From an uncultured virus (IMG/VR IMGVR_UViG_3300005253_000382) (Duplodnaviria; Heunggongvirae; Uroviricota; Caudoviricetes), in IMG/VR virus record IMGVR_UViG_3300005253_000382, positions 1-64,000 of that record: a stretch of DNA of 64,000 nt; one strand, written 5' to 3'. Of the stretch, positions 1 through 10,546 are shown in pieces. A program made the translations under genes and the position numbers. The notes under the pieces were generated by a model. The model saw only the letters and a list, made by a program, of their open reading frames with translations. It searched no databases and had not been told where the DNA came from. Position 1 is the first letter of the stretch. Every line of letters begins with the position of its first letter.

Positions 1-241
1 ATGTGAGTGAACCCGGCGTTGATAAATCGCCCGTAAGGTCAAGAGTAGCTTCGCCTTCTATGGCGCCGATGGCATCGGAATCGGTATACTTAGTGTGATG
101 GTCTGAGGGACTTACATCATCTAGTTGGTCGTGTGATAGTTGACTGCCTCCGCCTAGACCCTCTAATAGGTTTTTTATAGTTACAGCAACATCCTCTGCT
201 GGGCCTGGGTTAGCTTCTGGTAAATATTTTCCTACTGCCAT
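1..241 (-). CDS. Tail-associated protein, 5' part only (runs off window)
   Basis: ATG at 241 overlaps the TAA of the preceding gene (TAATG); reads MAVGKYLPEANPGPAEDV... open to base 1. Confidence 0.6.
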   Translation of the reverse strand, partial: MAVGKYLPEANPGPAEDVAVTIKNLLEGLGGGSQLSHDQLDDVSPSDHHTKYTDSDAIGAIEGEATLDLTGDLSTPGSLT

Positions 242-2379
242 TATGCCTCCAATGATGGTTTCTTGGTCGCATACCTTAATTCCATCAAATTTAGAATTAT
301 ATCATCCACCTCAGATGTATCAGTCTCCAGGTTAATGGCAAAGGACAGAACATCTAAAGAGTCAATCACATTACTAGCAGCATCATAGTCTATAGCAAAG
401 GTAGTCTTGAATTGCTTATATCGGGCAGAAGCCCCAACAGTAGTGGGCACTTCTACTGTCTGAGTTTTAATAGCCGTGTCTCCTTCCCCTTTATATCTGA
501 CGACCAGTTTGAGGTCTACGGTATCTCCCCCAGCCCCACCTGTATTATCTACGTTGACTTCCCACCAAACATTTATTATCAAGTCACTGGTAGCGTCCCA
601 TTCGACCTCCATATGAGCTTCAAAATAAAGTGTTTCCCCTGAAGCGTTGAGTTGCCAGCCACCAATAGTATTAGAGTCAGGAGCGGTTCGAGTAGCCCCA
701 GACGCACCTGGGTTAAGTGAGGTAGCGAAGAGGTCGTGTTCGTGATGCCAGACTGATGTTTGCGCTGTAATTTTATTAGTATTAGTAAGCTCTTGGTTGT
801 TCCAATCAAACGCAGCACCCGCTTGGGCACTCAGGTCTGAAAGAACCTCTGAATAATCTCTGCCCTCTAGCCCGCTTGTGGTGAATTTAGCATAATCATT
901 ATCAGCTGCATCAGCGTCATCTACAACTAAAACATCCGTGTCAGCGATGCCAGTATCATCCCTGTGAATATACTTTCTTTCTATGGCATTTTCATCAAAA
1001 CCACGAAGATTAGAACCCTCATTCCAGATATAGCCTGCGTTTTCTGTAGAGGGTGTTATCGTCAGGGTAGCACACTCTACATCATCTTCTCCTTGCGCCC
1101 CATAGGTGATGGCATATTTGTCCCCGCCGAGGGACAGTATATAAGGGGTTCGAGCATCCGAGGTTATGAATTCTAGACTGTCGCCAACAGCCCCTACAGT
1201 ACCATCAGAGTTGATAGGTATTGTCACTATAAAGCCGTCATTACCCACGCCTCGGTATACAACAGCAAATAGGTTGGCCTGGGTTGCTAATATGTTACAT
1301 TGCTCGGCATCGCTGGCTTCGTAATTGCCCCAACCCTTGACGATTATGCTGCCAGCGCTATCTATACTAACGATATATATAGTACCCGATACACCAGGGT
1401 CTGCAGTGGCTACAGCATAGTAATCAGTACCAGGGACCCTTATAATGTTACCCATCTGAATACTGATAGAAGCTAATAGTTGTGTATCTGTTACTGCTGC
1501 AGCTATAGTACCATCACTGCCAATATCCACTGTGGTTACATTGGGATAATCGTTAGTGTCAGCCCAAGCTATGGCGTAGTAGTCAGTAGTTCCGACCCTA
1601 GTAATTGATACATTATTCCCAAAAGTATTAGCAGCGACATCTAGTGAATCTACTACCGCATTGCTAATAACTCCAGCACTGTCTATAGTAACAGTAACAA
1701 CAACTACTGGTTTAGTTGCACCAGACTCATTAAATACTATCGCATAGACATCACCTGAGATATGGATTATATCAGTAGCCCACAAATTAACAGGTTCACT
1801 ATTGGTAATTGGAAGTGCCAAGGTTTCTATGAATGACTGGGTAATATCTCCAGTATTACTAACTGTAAAGGTGCTAACTCTAAGTTCGTTAATTGTCTGA
1901 GATAAACTATAGACCGCAGCATAAGTAGTACCTGATATTTTGATAAGCTTGATTGCATTAGTTGTGTCTGCATCAGCAAACTCCCAAGTTTCAATAGTAC
2001 TGCCTATATTACCATCACTTTCGTCTATATGAAAAGTGGATATTCTGCCATCCGAATCATTATCCTTGAAAGCCATCATATAGTGACCAGCAGAGAGCTT
2101 GATACAGTTATAGGTATCACCAAGATTGTTGGATACTATGTCCTTCGTCTCAATGACTGCACTAATGGCCGTTGAATTGGGCTTGACAGGAGGGTATTTG
2201 TCAGTTCCCGCTGGGATTTTATTAGTCTTTTTCACTACTAAATTATTTAAGGTTAGACTATCTTGGCTTAAAATCACCCCAGCAGTGCTGCTTTGAATGT
2301 GTTGGAGCAGGGATGCCATCTCTGCATTATCAACATCATCCCCTAAAGCACCTCGGAACTTTCTTTTAACTATATACAT
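241..2379 (-). CDS. Tail fibre/receptor-binding protein with beta-propeller-like repeats
   Basis: 712 aa; repeated ~55-aa beta-rich units (IIHISGDVYAIV, ITRVGTTDYYAIA, IIRVPGTDYYAVA); lies downstream of tail genes. Confidence 0.6.
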   Translation of the reverse strand: MYIVKRKFRGALGDDVDNAEMASLLQHIQSSTAGVILSQDSLTLNNLVVKKTNKIPAGTDKYPPVKPNSTAISAVIETKDIVSNNLGDTYNCIKLSAGHYMMAFKDNDSDGRISTFHIDESDGNIGSTIETWEFADADTTNAIKLIKISGTTYAAVYSLSQTINELRVSTFTVSNTGDITQSFIETLALPITNSEPVNLWATDIIHISGDVYAIVFNESGATKPVVVVTVTIDSAGVISNAVVDSLDVAANTFGNNVSITRVGTTDYYAIAWADTNDYPNVTTVDIGSDGTIAAAVTDTQLLASISIQMGNIIRVPGTDYYAVATADPGVSGTIYIVSIDSAGSIIVKGWGNYEASDAEQCNILATQANLFAVVYRGVGNDGFIVTIPINSDGTVGAVGDSLEFITSDARTPYILSLGGDKYAITYGAQGEDDVECATLTITPSTENAGYIWNEGSNLRGFDENAIERKYIHRDDTGIADTDVLVVDDADAADNDYAKFTTSGLEGRDYSEVLSDLSAQAGAAFDWNNQELTNTNKITAQTSVWHHEHDLFATSLNPGASGATRTAPDSNTIGGWQLNASGETLYFEAHMEVEWDATSDLIINVWWEVNVDNTGGAGGDTVDLKLVVRYKGEGDTAIKTQTVEVPTTVGASARYKQFKTTFAIDYDAASNVIDSLDVLSFAINLETDTSEVDDIILNLMELRYATKKPSLEA

Positions 2380-4202
2380 TAGCTAAAACTCACTTCCCTT
2401 AAACTCACCTTAATCGCTTGCTCCGCCGCTCGGCCATCTAAATGGACTATCTCTGTTTCTTGAGGGAAGCCAGGCTCCATAACACAATTAACATAATCAG
2501 TCCCAGCAGTCCCACCTGTGTATTCCTCAAAATTCAAATTAGCAAATCTTATCAATGTAGTTGATGTTCTGCCTGTTCTCAAAAGGTCTCTTAGCACCTC
2601 AGCATCTTGAGAAGGAGAGTCGTCTATAGCGTAGGTGGCTTCGTGTATTCTAACTGTCGTTGGTTTCTCGACTCCCTTCGCCTGAAAGTATCTTACCTCA
2701 GGGGTAGCCGTGTTCGTATTAGAGGCTAGGTGAATTTCAAATTGTATCTTATTAGAAGCTAGTTCAGCAGCAAAGTTGGACTCAAACACCCCGTTAGTTG
2801 CAGCAGCAGCAATACATTCAGTGGCTGAAGTTTCGACATCCTTTCTATATTGAATCTGGACAGTCTCCCCAGAAGCCCCACCTACGACTTCCAAAACTGC
2901 CGATTGCCATAACTTATCCCAGTTAGCATCTGTCCCATAATCGTAGGACATCCTTAGAAAACCAGATGGAGCAAATCTGGCTGCTGAATCTGCGGTGGGA
3001 TTGTCGGATAAAATAACATAAGCGGTGGTAGTGCCATACCCAAACCACAGCCTGAAATCAGTTGTTGAGTGCTGGGCAACCGCTATGGTGGCGCAGGCAT
3101 TAGCTCCTAGAAATACCCACGGACACCACTGCCATTGAAGTTTGCCCTGAACATTTAGAATCTCCCTGCCCTTGTAGATGATTGTATTCGTACCCTCATC
3201 TACAGCTACATACAGCCAATCTTTATCACCAGCTATACCAACAATATCCCCCACTTTTCCTATATCATCTATTCCGAATAACGGCCCCATTACGTCATAA
3301 GAATTGTAGGCAGTAATCTCTGCCATCCCCCTAGCTTCGGAGTGATAGACTGAGGTCTGCCATTCGGCTACATATTTATAATTATTTGTTGACTGGTTGA
3401 TTTTAAGGTCATCTCTGAAAGGGTGTGTTCCCCCATTGGAGTCTACGTGAAAAAGATTGTCCTCCCTACCAACCATGAGTTTATTATTCTGTAAAAAGAT
3501 ATTGGTGATATTATGAGACGTATCGCCTACAAAAGTTGGGGATTCCCATTGAACACCACCAGCAGCAGATGTCCGCCCGTCTGTGGTTCTTGATAATTCG
3601 TTGGGTTGTTTGAACTTCCATAAATTCTCAGCAGTCCCATCGGGATTAGGTGTTACTAGGAACCTCTCAGCATATCCGTCCGTAAGGTCTGTCGCAGTCC
3701 AATCCGTTCCATTGGAGGAATATTTGTAAAGAGTGGATGTGCCGAGAGCAGCGTACATAATCCCCTTGAATTCAGCCATGTGGGTTATACCAGCTAAAGT
3801 TTCAACTGCCGTCCAGCCAGTAGTATAAACGTATATCTTGCCCCCAGAAGCACATAACCATTGATTCTGTGCTTCGAACCAAATGAATTGAACAACCGCA
3901 GAATCTAAGTTCCCGCTATCCCCTATTTCCCCGACTGTGTTGATTAGTGGGCCGAGAAATACTCTCCCTTCTTGGGTGGTGTCAATGGATTGTCCCTCAA
4001 AATAAACAGCAGGGGATTTCCTTTCAAAACTGCCATGCCCTTCTATCCAATTAGACTGAGTGAATCTTAAAGGGTCTCTATACTGAGGGATAATGTTGCG
4101 GATATTATACATAACAGCCCCACCCTCTCCTTTGACAAGGCGAAACTGCTGTGTATCACTGCCAATCTTGAGCCCATGGTCATAATCACCTTGAATACTC
4201 AT
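2379..4202 (-). CDS. Tail nozzle/stabilisation protein (podovirus-type)
   Basis: 607 aa beta-rich protein directly after the adaptor gene; synteny. Confidence 0.5.
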   Translation of the reverse strand: MSIQGDYDHGLKIGSDTQQFRLVKGEGGAVMYNIRNIIPQYRDPLRFTQSNWIEGHGSFERKSPAVYFEGQSIDTTQEGRVFLGPLINTVGEIGDSGNLDSAVVQFIWFEAQNQWLCASGGKIYVYTTGWTAVETLAGITHMAEFKGIMYAALGTSTLYKYSSNGTDWTATDLTDGYAERFLVTPNPDGTAENLWKFKQPNELSRTTDGRTSAAGGVQWESPTFVGDTSHNITNIFLQNNKLMVGREDNLFHVDSNGGTHPFRDDLKINQSTNNYKYVAEWQTSVYHSEARGMAEITAYNSYDVMGPLFGIDDIGKVGDIVGIAGDKDWLYVAVDEGTNTIIYKGREILNVQGKLQWQWCPWVFLGANACATIAVAQHSTTDFRLWFGYGTTTAYVILSDNPTADSAARFAPSGFLRMSYDYGTDANWDKLWQSAVLEVVGGASGETVQIQYRKDVETSATECIAAAATNGVFESNFAAELASNKIQFEIHLASNTNTATPEVRYFQAKGVEKPTTVRIHEATYAIDDSPSQDAEVLRDLLRTGRTSTTLIRFANLNFEEYTGGTAGTDYVNCVMEPGFPQETEIVHLDGRAAEQAIKVSLREVSFS

Positions 4203-5518
4203 TGAAACCTTACTGGGATTGATTGAACTTCCATCCCAAATTTACTAATACGTCTTCTTAATTCGCCATCCCAAAAACCCATCATCTCTTGGAAGTCCTG
4301 CCGTGTATTCCTTGAAAAGTTGGGCATTGACATTTGGGTGTAGAGATAAAGGATTGCCCGGGCTATTAAAATATCGGTCTGTGGGGAGTTAATGTTTATG
4401 GTTGAATTCCATGCCGTTGCAGAATCTCCACTAGAATCCACAAAGTCTAAATACCCTATCCCCTTTATCCTTAATCTACGGTCTCTCTGAACTGAGGAAG
4501 GAAGGTACAGGTATCCAAGTTCAGTATCTATTCTGGAATTAAAGATTATAGCCCACGGCTCATCTGTTGAGTAATACCAAGGCTCAATTTCTACTTGAAT
4601 AGGCTTTTCTTGGGCTAATCCTAAAGTTTCTATAAACAATCTTGGCTGATAGGGACCGATAACCCTTGCGTCATCTACATAAGAAGCAGTACCAGACGCA
4701 CCGTAATGGATAGTAAATGTGACTTGGGTGGCGTTCCAATCTATGAATTGGGTGACATACATATTGTCGTTTCTGGGATTATCTTGAGTCCATGCCGAGT
4801 CCCCAGCGTGGTATCCTGAGTAAGTTTGAGTAGTGCCATCATTGATTGAAATACGTAGGTCGGTAGCATTATCAGACCATCCTTGGATTGAAAAGGTAGG
4901 GGAGTGTCCCCTTAGATTCCTCAAATCCTCATTCTCGGCTGTGCCTGCCTTCCATTCCTGTACTACCGTCCCCGCTGAACCGCTTAACTTGACTGAGTAA
5001 GTACCATGCCTCAGATAACCAGCAGTAGAAGTCTTGGTAATTGTTGAGGTTGTAGTAGTCCAATATGTCAAAGCAGAAGATGAAGCCCATATCTCGAAAG
5101 AACCGTCTTTCAGCCAATTCCCCGAAACCATACTTTCATCCCATATCTTTTCATGTATATGAGGATAAGCCATTCTAGCGGCAGCTATTAAAGCCCTTCT
5201 TTTATCCGAGGCAGTGAATAATCTATGAACCTCATAATCCAAGCCTGAAATTATCTGGGCGGTATGTGCCAGTGTGGAGAGAGTCCCACTTGAATTATCC
5301 AGAGAGGATATTTGCCTTTCATTGTCCACAGAGGTATCCCCTGATTCCGTGATGAGAGTGTACATATCCTTGCCTATCCAGGCGTTTTGTTTGGCTTTCA
5401 GGGCATCATCAATCATTGTAGTACCACCCCCATTTCCAGTGCCAGAGGTCGTACCTGCCCAAAAGTCTCCGATTTGACGGCTTAATTCCTGTCTATTAAC
5501 TGCGAGAGTAGTAGTCAT
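4199..5518 (-). CDS. Head-tail adaptor-like protein with inserted carbohydrate-binding-like domain
   Basis: Helical N- and C-termini; internal NWLKDGSFE CBM-like segment; position between capsid accessories and tail. Confidence 0.5.
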   Translation of the reverse strand: MTTTLAVNRQELSRQIGDFWAGTTSGTGNGGGTTMIDDALKAKQNAWIGKDMYTLITESGDTSVDNERQISSLDNSSGTLSTLAHTAQIISGLDYEVHRLFTASDKRRALIAAARMAYPHIHEKIWDESMVSGNWLKDGSFEIWASSSALTYWTTTTSTITKTSTAGYLRHGTYSVKLSGSAGTVVQEWKAGTAENEDLRNLRGHSPTFSIQGWSDNATDLRISINDGTTQTYSGYHAGDSAWTQDNPRNDNMYVTQFIDWNATQVTFTIHYGASGTASYVDDARVIGPYQPRLFIETLGLAQEKPIQVEIEPWYYSTDEPWAIIFNSRIDTELGYLYLPSSVQRDRRLRIKGIGYLDFVDSSGDSATAWNSTININSPQTDILIARAILYLYTQMSMPNFSRNTRQDFQEMMGFWDGELRRRISKFGMEVQSIPVRFQ

Positions 5519-5928
5519 TTGCTTACTCCAAATTTTACTAAGTATCCACCCCCATAGGACGCTTTATCGTCAGATTCATTCCAACAGCTACTAGGGTATC
5601 CTATGGGTCGTGGCTTCCAACCACAATTGACTATCTCTTCTAAGAACCAGTCAAAGCGATAATGGTAGTAGGGGTCGTGCTCATACTCGTCTATGAAAAT
5701 CCTGAATAATGCTCTAAACAATCCGTTCCTGCCCAAGTTGTTTTCATACTTAAAGAACTTATCTTGTATATCCAGTAATTTTAATGTATTCGGATGAATG
5801 ATGTTGTCTCTTGTTGGTTCAGGATATCGTTGTGCGAATTTAATAAGAGCTTTCATCAAGGGTGCTTTAACCTTGTGCATGATATATTCCCTCATATCTC
5901 CTTCAAGCATATAATTAACGAGGAACAT
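5515..5928 (-). CDS. Hypothetical protein, paralogue 1 of triplicated family
   Basis: Shares RYPEPT, LLDI.DKFF.YENN, YEHD.YY..RFDW, GW..R...P..CW with 7109 and 9125. Confidence 0.8.
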   Translation of the reverse strand: MFLVNYMLEGDMREYIMHKVKAPLMKALIKFAQRYPEPTRDNIIHPNTLKLLDIQDKFFKYENNLGRNGLFRALFRIFIDEYEHDPYYHYRFDWFLEEIVNCGWKPRPIGYPSSCWNESDDKASYGGGYLVKFGVSK

Positions 5929-5937
5929 AACGCTCCT

Positions 5938-6180
5938 TTATATCTCCTGTTCGAGTTCGCAATTTCCGCCAGTGTCATGATGGCAGATGTGCCAACTTGC
6001 CCTTACCGTCATTTCTTCATTTCCCATACCCTCATTGATTTTGACAGCATAAGACTTGGCTAGTTTAAGTAGCTGGTAAAGTTCTACCAACTTTCCTCTG
6101 ACGGCAGGTTTATCTGCTATCTCTTTGGGAATTGCCAAATCTACTCGTATTCTAATCAAAGCCATTATACATACCCCCAT
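5938..6180 (-). CDS. Hypothetical protein
   Basis: ORF in operon; C-terminal HICHHD..C motif resembles the HRCY...C end of 54516-54710. Confidence 0.6.
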   Translation of the reverse strand: MGVCIMALIRIRVDLAIPKEIADKPAVRGKLVELYQLLKLAKSYAVKINEGMGNEEMTVRASWHICHHDTGGNCELEQEI

Positions 6181-6365
6181 TTCGTTATAGCGTAAATCTC
6201 AAAGCGTTCTGAGATAAGCTTCTTCATCGTTATTCCAGACTTTCTCAAAACATTTCTTACAATAGGGTTGTGTTAGACATCCCCTTGTCTCTTCTTGGCT
6301 AATCTTTTTACCACAGTTTACACACATCAGATAAAGTTTTCTTTCATTTGCCATTTACTTCTCCC

Positions 6366-7112
6366 CTATACGAACTTATGCTGCGTGTATGATTTGTTTT
6401 TAAGATATAATCCCTGAGCGGTGCTCAGAACATAGTCGTGAATCCAAACCTCACTGATATTACCTACCAAGTCAAAGTTGACAGCATCGCTTAGAACTCC
6501 AATGTAGAGTGGGTCGTTGGCGTTACCTGTACCACCATCGTCTCTTGTTTTGTCAACATTTCCCTTAGATACTTCATCCACAAAGAACTCTCCGTTGGTA
6601 TTGACAGGAGCTTGATTCCAAGTTATACGACAGAAATGATAATTTGAATCAGCAGGATAGGCTACAACATCCGAGAAATCCCCAACTATAACACCAGGGT
6701 CTCCCTTTATGCTTAAATGAAATCTGCGGTTTTCTGCTCCATCGTCACGATAATAAATATTGATACCTACATTTGCACCACCCCGATTGTTTGAGAATAA
6801 GGCATAAAGAGTACTAGGGTCAGGATTATCTAGCTTCATCCACCATGATAGAGTCCAAGTAAATCCTGTAGTGTTTGGAGTACCATGCATGAACCTGAAG
6901 GTAGAAGTATCCCCTACTATGATATGGTCATCCCCATCAAAGTCCCTGCTGTCGTTTTCCTGAATACAACCAACCACTGTAACAGCATGTCCGAAGGAGT
7001 CTACGGACTTGAAGGCACTACCTCTTAAACTTGGAGACCACAAAGGCAAATACAGCTTACAACCATTAGGAATGGGATTGTAGCTCCATAAACTCTTGGC
7101 GTATTCCGTCAT
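6366..7112 (-). CDS. LamG/ConA-like lectin domain virion protein
   Basis: DFDGDDHI, WTLSWWMK, GNISEVWIHDYVLS LamG-type motifs. Confidence 0.75.
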   Translation of the reverse strand: MTEYAKSLWSYNPIPNGCKLYLPLWSPSLRGSAFKSVDSFGHAVTVVGCIQENDSRDFDGDDHIIVGDTSTFRFMHGTPNTTGFTWTLSWWMKLDNPDPSTLYALFSNNRGGANVGINIYYRDDGAENRRFHLSIKGDPGVIVGDFSDVVAYPADSNYHFCRITWNQAPVNTNGEFFVDEVSKGNVDKTRDDGGTGNANDPLYIGVLSDAVNFDLVGNISEVWIHDYVLSTAQGLYLKNKSYTQHKFV

Positions 7113-7492
7113 CTAATTCTCCCATAAGGCACTGGCTCTTTCCAACATTGAGTAGGATGATTCAATGCTCTCTGTTTCCATCCGCTCTTATTTATTTCTT
7201 CAATGAACCAATCAAACCTACCACTGTAGTAGGGACTATGTTCGTATTTAACTATCAGTATCTTAAAAAGTACACTAAACAAAGCCCTCTTCAGTCGGTT
7301 ATTCTCATACTCAAAAAACTTGTCCCTTATATCTAAAAGTCTATGAGAGTTGGGATAAATGCAACTCAATTTTGTCGGTTCAGGATACCGATTACCAAGG
7401 ATAACGATAGCCTTCTCTAAGGGCTTATTCACCTTCTCCATGAAGTAACCCCGCATCCCACTCCTGTTTATATGGGGTTTAAGAAACTCCAC
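7109..7492 (-). CDS. Hypothetical protein, paralogue 2 of triplicated family
   Basis: Same motifs as 5515 and 9125. Confidence 0.8.
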   Translation of the reverse strand: MEFLKPHINRSGMRGYFMEKVNKPLEKAIVILGNRYPEPTKLSCIYPNSHRLLDIRDKFFEYENNRLKRALFSVLFKILIVKYEHSPYYSGRFDWFIEEINKSGWKQRALNHPTQCWKEPVPYGRIR

Positions 7493-8172
7493 TAAAACTG
7501 CTCAACTAACAATGCAATAGTTATATCGTCAGTGGCTGTCTGTGTGAAGGCATCCCTTGCAATAAAGATACCAGAGAGGTCTTTTGTGCCCGATGCACAC
7601 TTAAATATTTGGGGCAAGCCACCCAATGTTGATGGTGAGGCTAAGGTGGTTGAGGCATCGGTAGTAGTACAAAGGGATTCCATGGCAACGAAGTCTATCT
7701 GTGCTACCTTCAGTAGCCTGTCTGCTCTAGCTTCAGTAGATAATGAGTTATCTGTTAACTGGCTTGATGGCAAAGCATTGTAAAGACGGAGTATAGTTCG
7801 TGGTGTCACCCCCTCCTTCTCATTGAAAACACTGGCATTGATTATTTTGCCATACCCACCATTCTCCAGCACCATATCCGAGAATGTCCACGCTGTAGCC
7901 GTGGTGGAACAGTCGTCATCATTTATCACATCAAAGGCAGCATAAGCCCCTATCGATGCATCAATCACCTTGGAAGTGGTTATCTGTTTTACAACGTTGG
8001 TAGCGGACTTGAGAACCCAATTCGTTTTGTCATAAGTAATATACAGAGCACCTGTATCATACTCAAAAAATGTAGAACCCTCACGAACCGAACTGCTCAA
8101 CGCTTGGGTGGGCTTGGTATCAGTTGATAAACCAATAAACTTTCTAGGTTGGGCTATTATTCTTACAGCCAT
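7492..8172 (-). CDS. Putative virion structural protein
   Basis: GLSTDTKPT...GSTFFEYDTG short N-terminal module plus beta-rich domain. Confidence 0.5.
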   Translation of the reverse strand: MAVRIIAQPRKFIGLSTDTKPTQALSSSVREGSTFFEYDTGALYITYDKTNWVLKSATNVVKQITTSKVIDASIGAYAAFDVINDDDCSTTATAWTFSDMVLENGGYGKIINASVFNEKEGVTPRTILRLYNALPSSQLTDNSLSTEARADRLLKVAQIDFVAMESLCTTTDASTTLASPSTLGGLPQIFKCASGTKDLSGIFIARDAFTQTATDDITIALLVEQF

Positions 8173-8189
8173 TTTTGCAACCTCCTATT

Positions 8190-8786
8190 CTATTTTATTT
8201 TTGCTTTATCTTTTGCACTCACGTAGAGAGGTGCCTCAGTTACTTCTTTCTTTCCCCCCACAGCTTCATATAGAGTCTTCTGGAATGACCTATCTTCCTG
8301 TCGCTCTGCTTCCTTCCTCATGTCCTCTATTGCCTGCCATTCTTTGGGATGTTTTTTGGACATGTGTTGCTTGACTTCAAATTTGTTGATAATGTTTGAT
8401 TTCTTACATACTCTCAAACCCATCTCGTCAAACCTTTCTCTATTAGGGCTGTCCTTATGAAGTAAGCACTTGTGCGTTCCCTTCTTAGGGAGTTGCTTGG
8501 GGTCGTTGGTAGTCCAGATAAAAGAGCCATCTTCCCGCCTTCTTCGTAGAATACTGGGGAGCATGTAATAAAGGACAGGTGCTCTTTCAAACGTGCGGGA
8601 GTCCCACACGTAGACATACCCCGCACTCGACAGTTCCTTAACTGTCATTGGTGCGTCCAGTGTTTCGTCACCCTTATGGATGACTGGATTTTTCTTGAGT
8701 CCGCTAGGAAGGTCAACTAATTTCGCATCCCTTAGTGCCTCCTGAATCAAACTCTCGTTGTCTGTAAGTGTTTCCTTTGTAGTCAT
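8190..8786 (-). CDS. Hypothetical protein with C2H2-like zinc motif
   Basis: CLLH...C...HMSKKH; positional counterpart of 57144-57623. Confidence 0.6.
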   Translation of the reverse strand: MTTKETLTDNESLIQEALRDAKLVDLPSGLKKNPVIHKGDETLDAPMTVKELSSAGYVYVWDSRTFERAPVLYYMLPSILRRRREDGSFIWTTNDPKQLPKKGTHKCLLHKDSPNRERFDEMGLRVCKKSNIINKFEVKQHMSKKHPKEWQAIEDMRKEAERQEDRSFQKTLYEAVGGKKEVTEAPLYVSAKDKAKIK

Positions 8787-8816
8787 TTTTACCTCCTTGA
8801 CTTATTTCGTTTCCAC

Positions 8817-9146
8817 TTACCCTGCTTTGTAATGTTCTAAACCAAGCCAATCTTTAACGTCAATGAATGTCTCATTGCGTAGAACATTCGCTATATCTAA
8901 AAGTTCCTCGACCGAATGCTCCCACAAACTTGGGACGTTGAATTGTCTTATGCCCTTGAAGTTTTTAGCTAATCCCATATCCTCCCTATATTCGGCAAGT
9001 TTTCCATCACGGTTGACTATAAGTATCCTGTATCTGTGAAAGCCCCTGGAGCCAGGTGATTGGAGATGGACTTCCTGCAAGCTGTAAGCCTTCTCATTAC
9101 CCGAAACCAATGTCGTGGCAGGTATTAGCATTTTTCCTTCCAGCAT
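8817..9146 (-). CDS. Hypothetical protein
   Basis: ORF in late operon. Confidence 0.6.
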   Translation of the reverse strand: MLEGKMLIPATTLVSGNEKAYSLQEVHLQSPGSRGFHRYRILIVNRDGKLAEYREDMGLAKNFKGIRQFNVPSLWEHSVEELLDIANVLRNETFIDVKDWLGLEHYKAG

Positions 9147-9547
9147 TTAACTGGGAACCTTATGGGTCTGATACCCCAACCACTTTTGACAATTTCCTCA
9201 ATAACCCAATCTATGCGGTCTCGGTAGTAACCATCGTGCTCATACTCAATAATGAACATCCGCCACATAGCCCGAAACAACGCATCCCTACCCTTATTGT
9301 TCTCATACTCGAAGAACTTGTTTTGAATATCTATTAGTATGTGGGTCTTGGGCAAAAGGGTATGGTCTTTGGTGGCTTCAGGGTACCGCATAGCCAGAGT
9401 TACAATAGCCTTCATAAGCGGCTTCTTGATTTTATCTATCACATACTGCCTCTTATGAAAAAGCATCCACCAACTAACCCACTTATGCTGGGGTAAAGAG
9501 CAACTTGTCCCACCTTCAAGTAAGTCAGCTAGGATACTCTTTGTCAC
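9125..9547 (-). CDS. Hypothetical protein, paralogue 3 of triplicated family
   Basis: Same motifs as 5515 and 7109. Confidence 0.8.
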   Translation of the reverse strand: MTKSILADLLEGGTSCSLPQHKWVSWWMLFHKRQYVIDKIKKPLMKAIVTLAMRYPEATKDHTLLPKTHILIDIQNKFFEYENNKGRDALFRAMWRMFIIEYEHDGYYRDRIDWVIEEIVKSGWGIRPIRFPVKCWKEKC

Positions 9548-10008
9548 GCTACTGTCATCTCCCCGTCAGGGTCTAGTGGTATATAAGTTGCCGCCCACTT
9601 AATGTTCCCAGTACTCGTTTCACCACATTCTAGGTCTATTGTCCCAACTTGTAGCACGACTGGTGATGAAATTATTACAGTTGCCCCAGCGTTAGTTCCT
9701 ATTAAGGCATCAGCGAATGCACCAGTAATACCATATAAAGTCCCAACCTCATCACCTGTAGCATTCAGGTCGGCGGCAATATCAGCAGTAGTACCAGTCG
9801 TAGGGTTCACCTGAACCTTCAGGTTGGTTGTTTGTCCCTGTATTTGGATAGTTGCCTCCCCGATGAGAGATGTGAGTATAACCCGTCCATTGACAATATT
9901 GAACAATGGGTCTACTGTATTCTGTGGCAAAGCAGCAGTGGCCTTATCAACCTTCGCACCGAGTATTTCTCTCCTTAATGCTCTTCCTTTAAAATATCTG
10001 TTACTCAC
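9544..10008 (-). CDS. Putative virion protein (paralogue of 10008-10481)
   Basis: LFNIVNGRVILTSLIGE...PTTGT...STGNIKWAATYIPLD. Confidence 0.65.
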   Translation of the reverse strand: MSNRYFKGRALRREILGAKVDKATAALPQNTVDPLFNIVNGRVILTSLIGEATIQIQGQTTNLKVQVNPTTGTTADIAADLNATGDEVGTLYGITGAFADALIGTNAGATVIISSPVVLQVGTIDLECGETSTGNIKWAATYIPLDPDGEMTVA

Positions 10009-10481
10009 TATGCCACCTCCATGTAAGCGTTATCGTCCAGTGGAATATAGGTTATCGTCCATTTGATTGAACCTGTTGAGGTTGCCCCTGTAGTTATCCC
10101 TAGTGTTCCAGTGTTTATGACTATTCCATTGGCAGAAGATATGTTAGTACCTCCCGCTCCTCCTGTCATGGCAGCAACATAGGCACCAATACCATAAAGA
10201 CTTTGAACCGCATCTGCGTTTGTGTTTAGGTTGGTAGCGATGTCAACAGCCGTGCCAGTTGTGGGGGTCGCAGTGATTTTTATATTGGTTGTCTGACTAT
10301 GTATTACTGTCGTTACTTCACCTATCATTGAGGTAAGTACAACCCTTCCCCCCACTATATTAAATAACGCACCATAAGTAGTCGCTGGTAAAGTGGCAGT
10401 CTCCCTATCAAGCTGTAGCCCCAGCTTGGCTCTTTTGCGAGATAAACCACCATGAAATCCTTTTCCCATGTTTCCTCCCAA
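10008..10481 (-). CDS. Putative virion protein (paralogue of 9544-10008)
   Basis: LFNIVGGRVVLTSMIGE...PTTGT...STGSIKWTITYIPLD. Confidence 0.65.
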   Translation of the reverse strand: MGGNMGKGFHGGLSRKRAKLGLQLDRETATLPATTYGALFNIVGGRVVLTSMIGEVTTVIHSQTTNIKITATPTTGTAVDIATNLNTNADAVQSLYGIGAYVAAMTGGAGGTNISSANGIVINTGTLGITTGATSTGSIKWTITYIPLDDNAYMEVA

Positions 10482-10508
10482 GCAACTAAAAGTTGCAATT
10501 TACTAGGC

Positions 10509-10534
10509 GTGGCTTGATTTCAGGCTCAAGCCAC
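10509..10534 (-). terminator. Hairpin after decoration-like genes (terminator or stabiliser)
   Basis: GTGGCTTGA / TCAAGCCAC inverted repeat; no strong U-tract. Confidence 0.4.
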
Positions 10535-10546
10535 AAAGCCCCTAAA

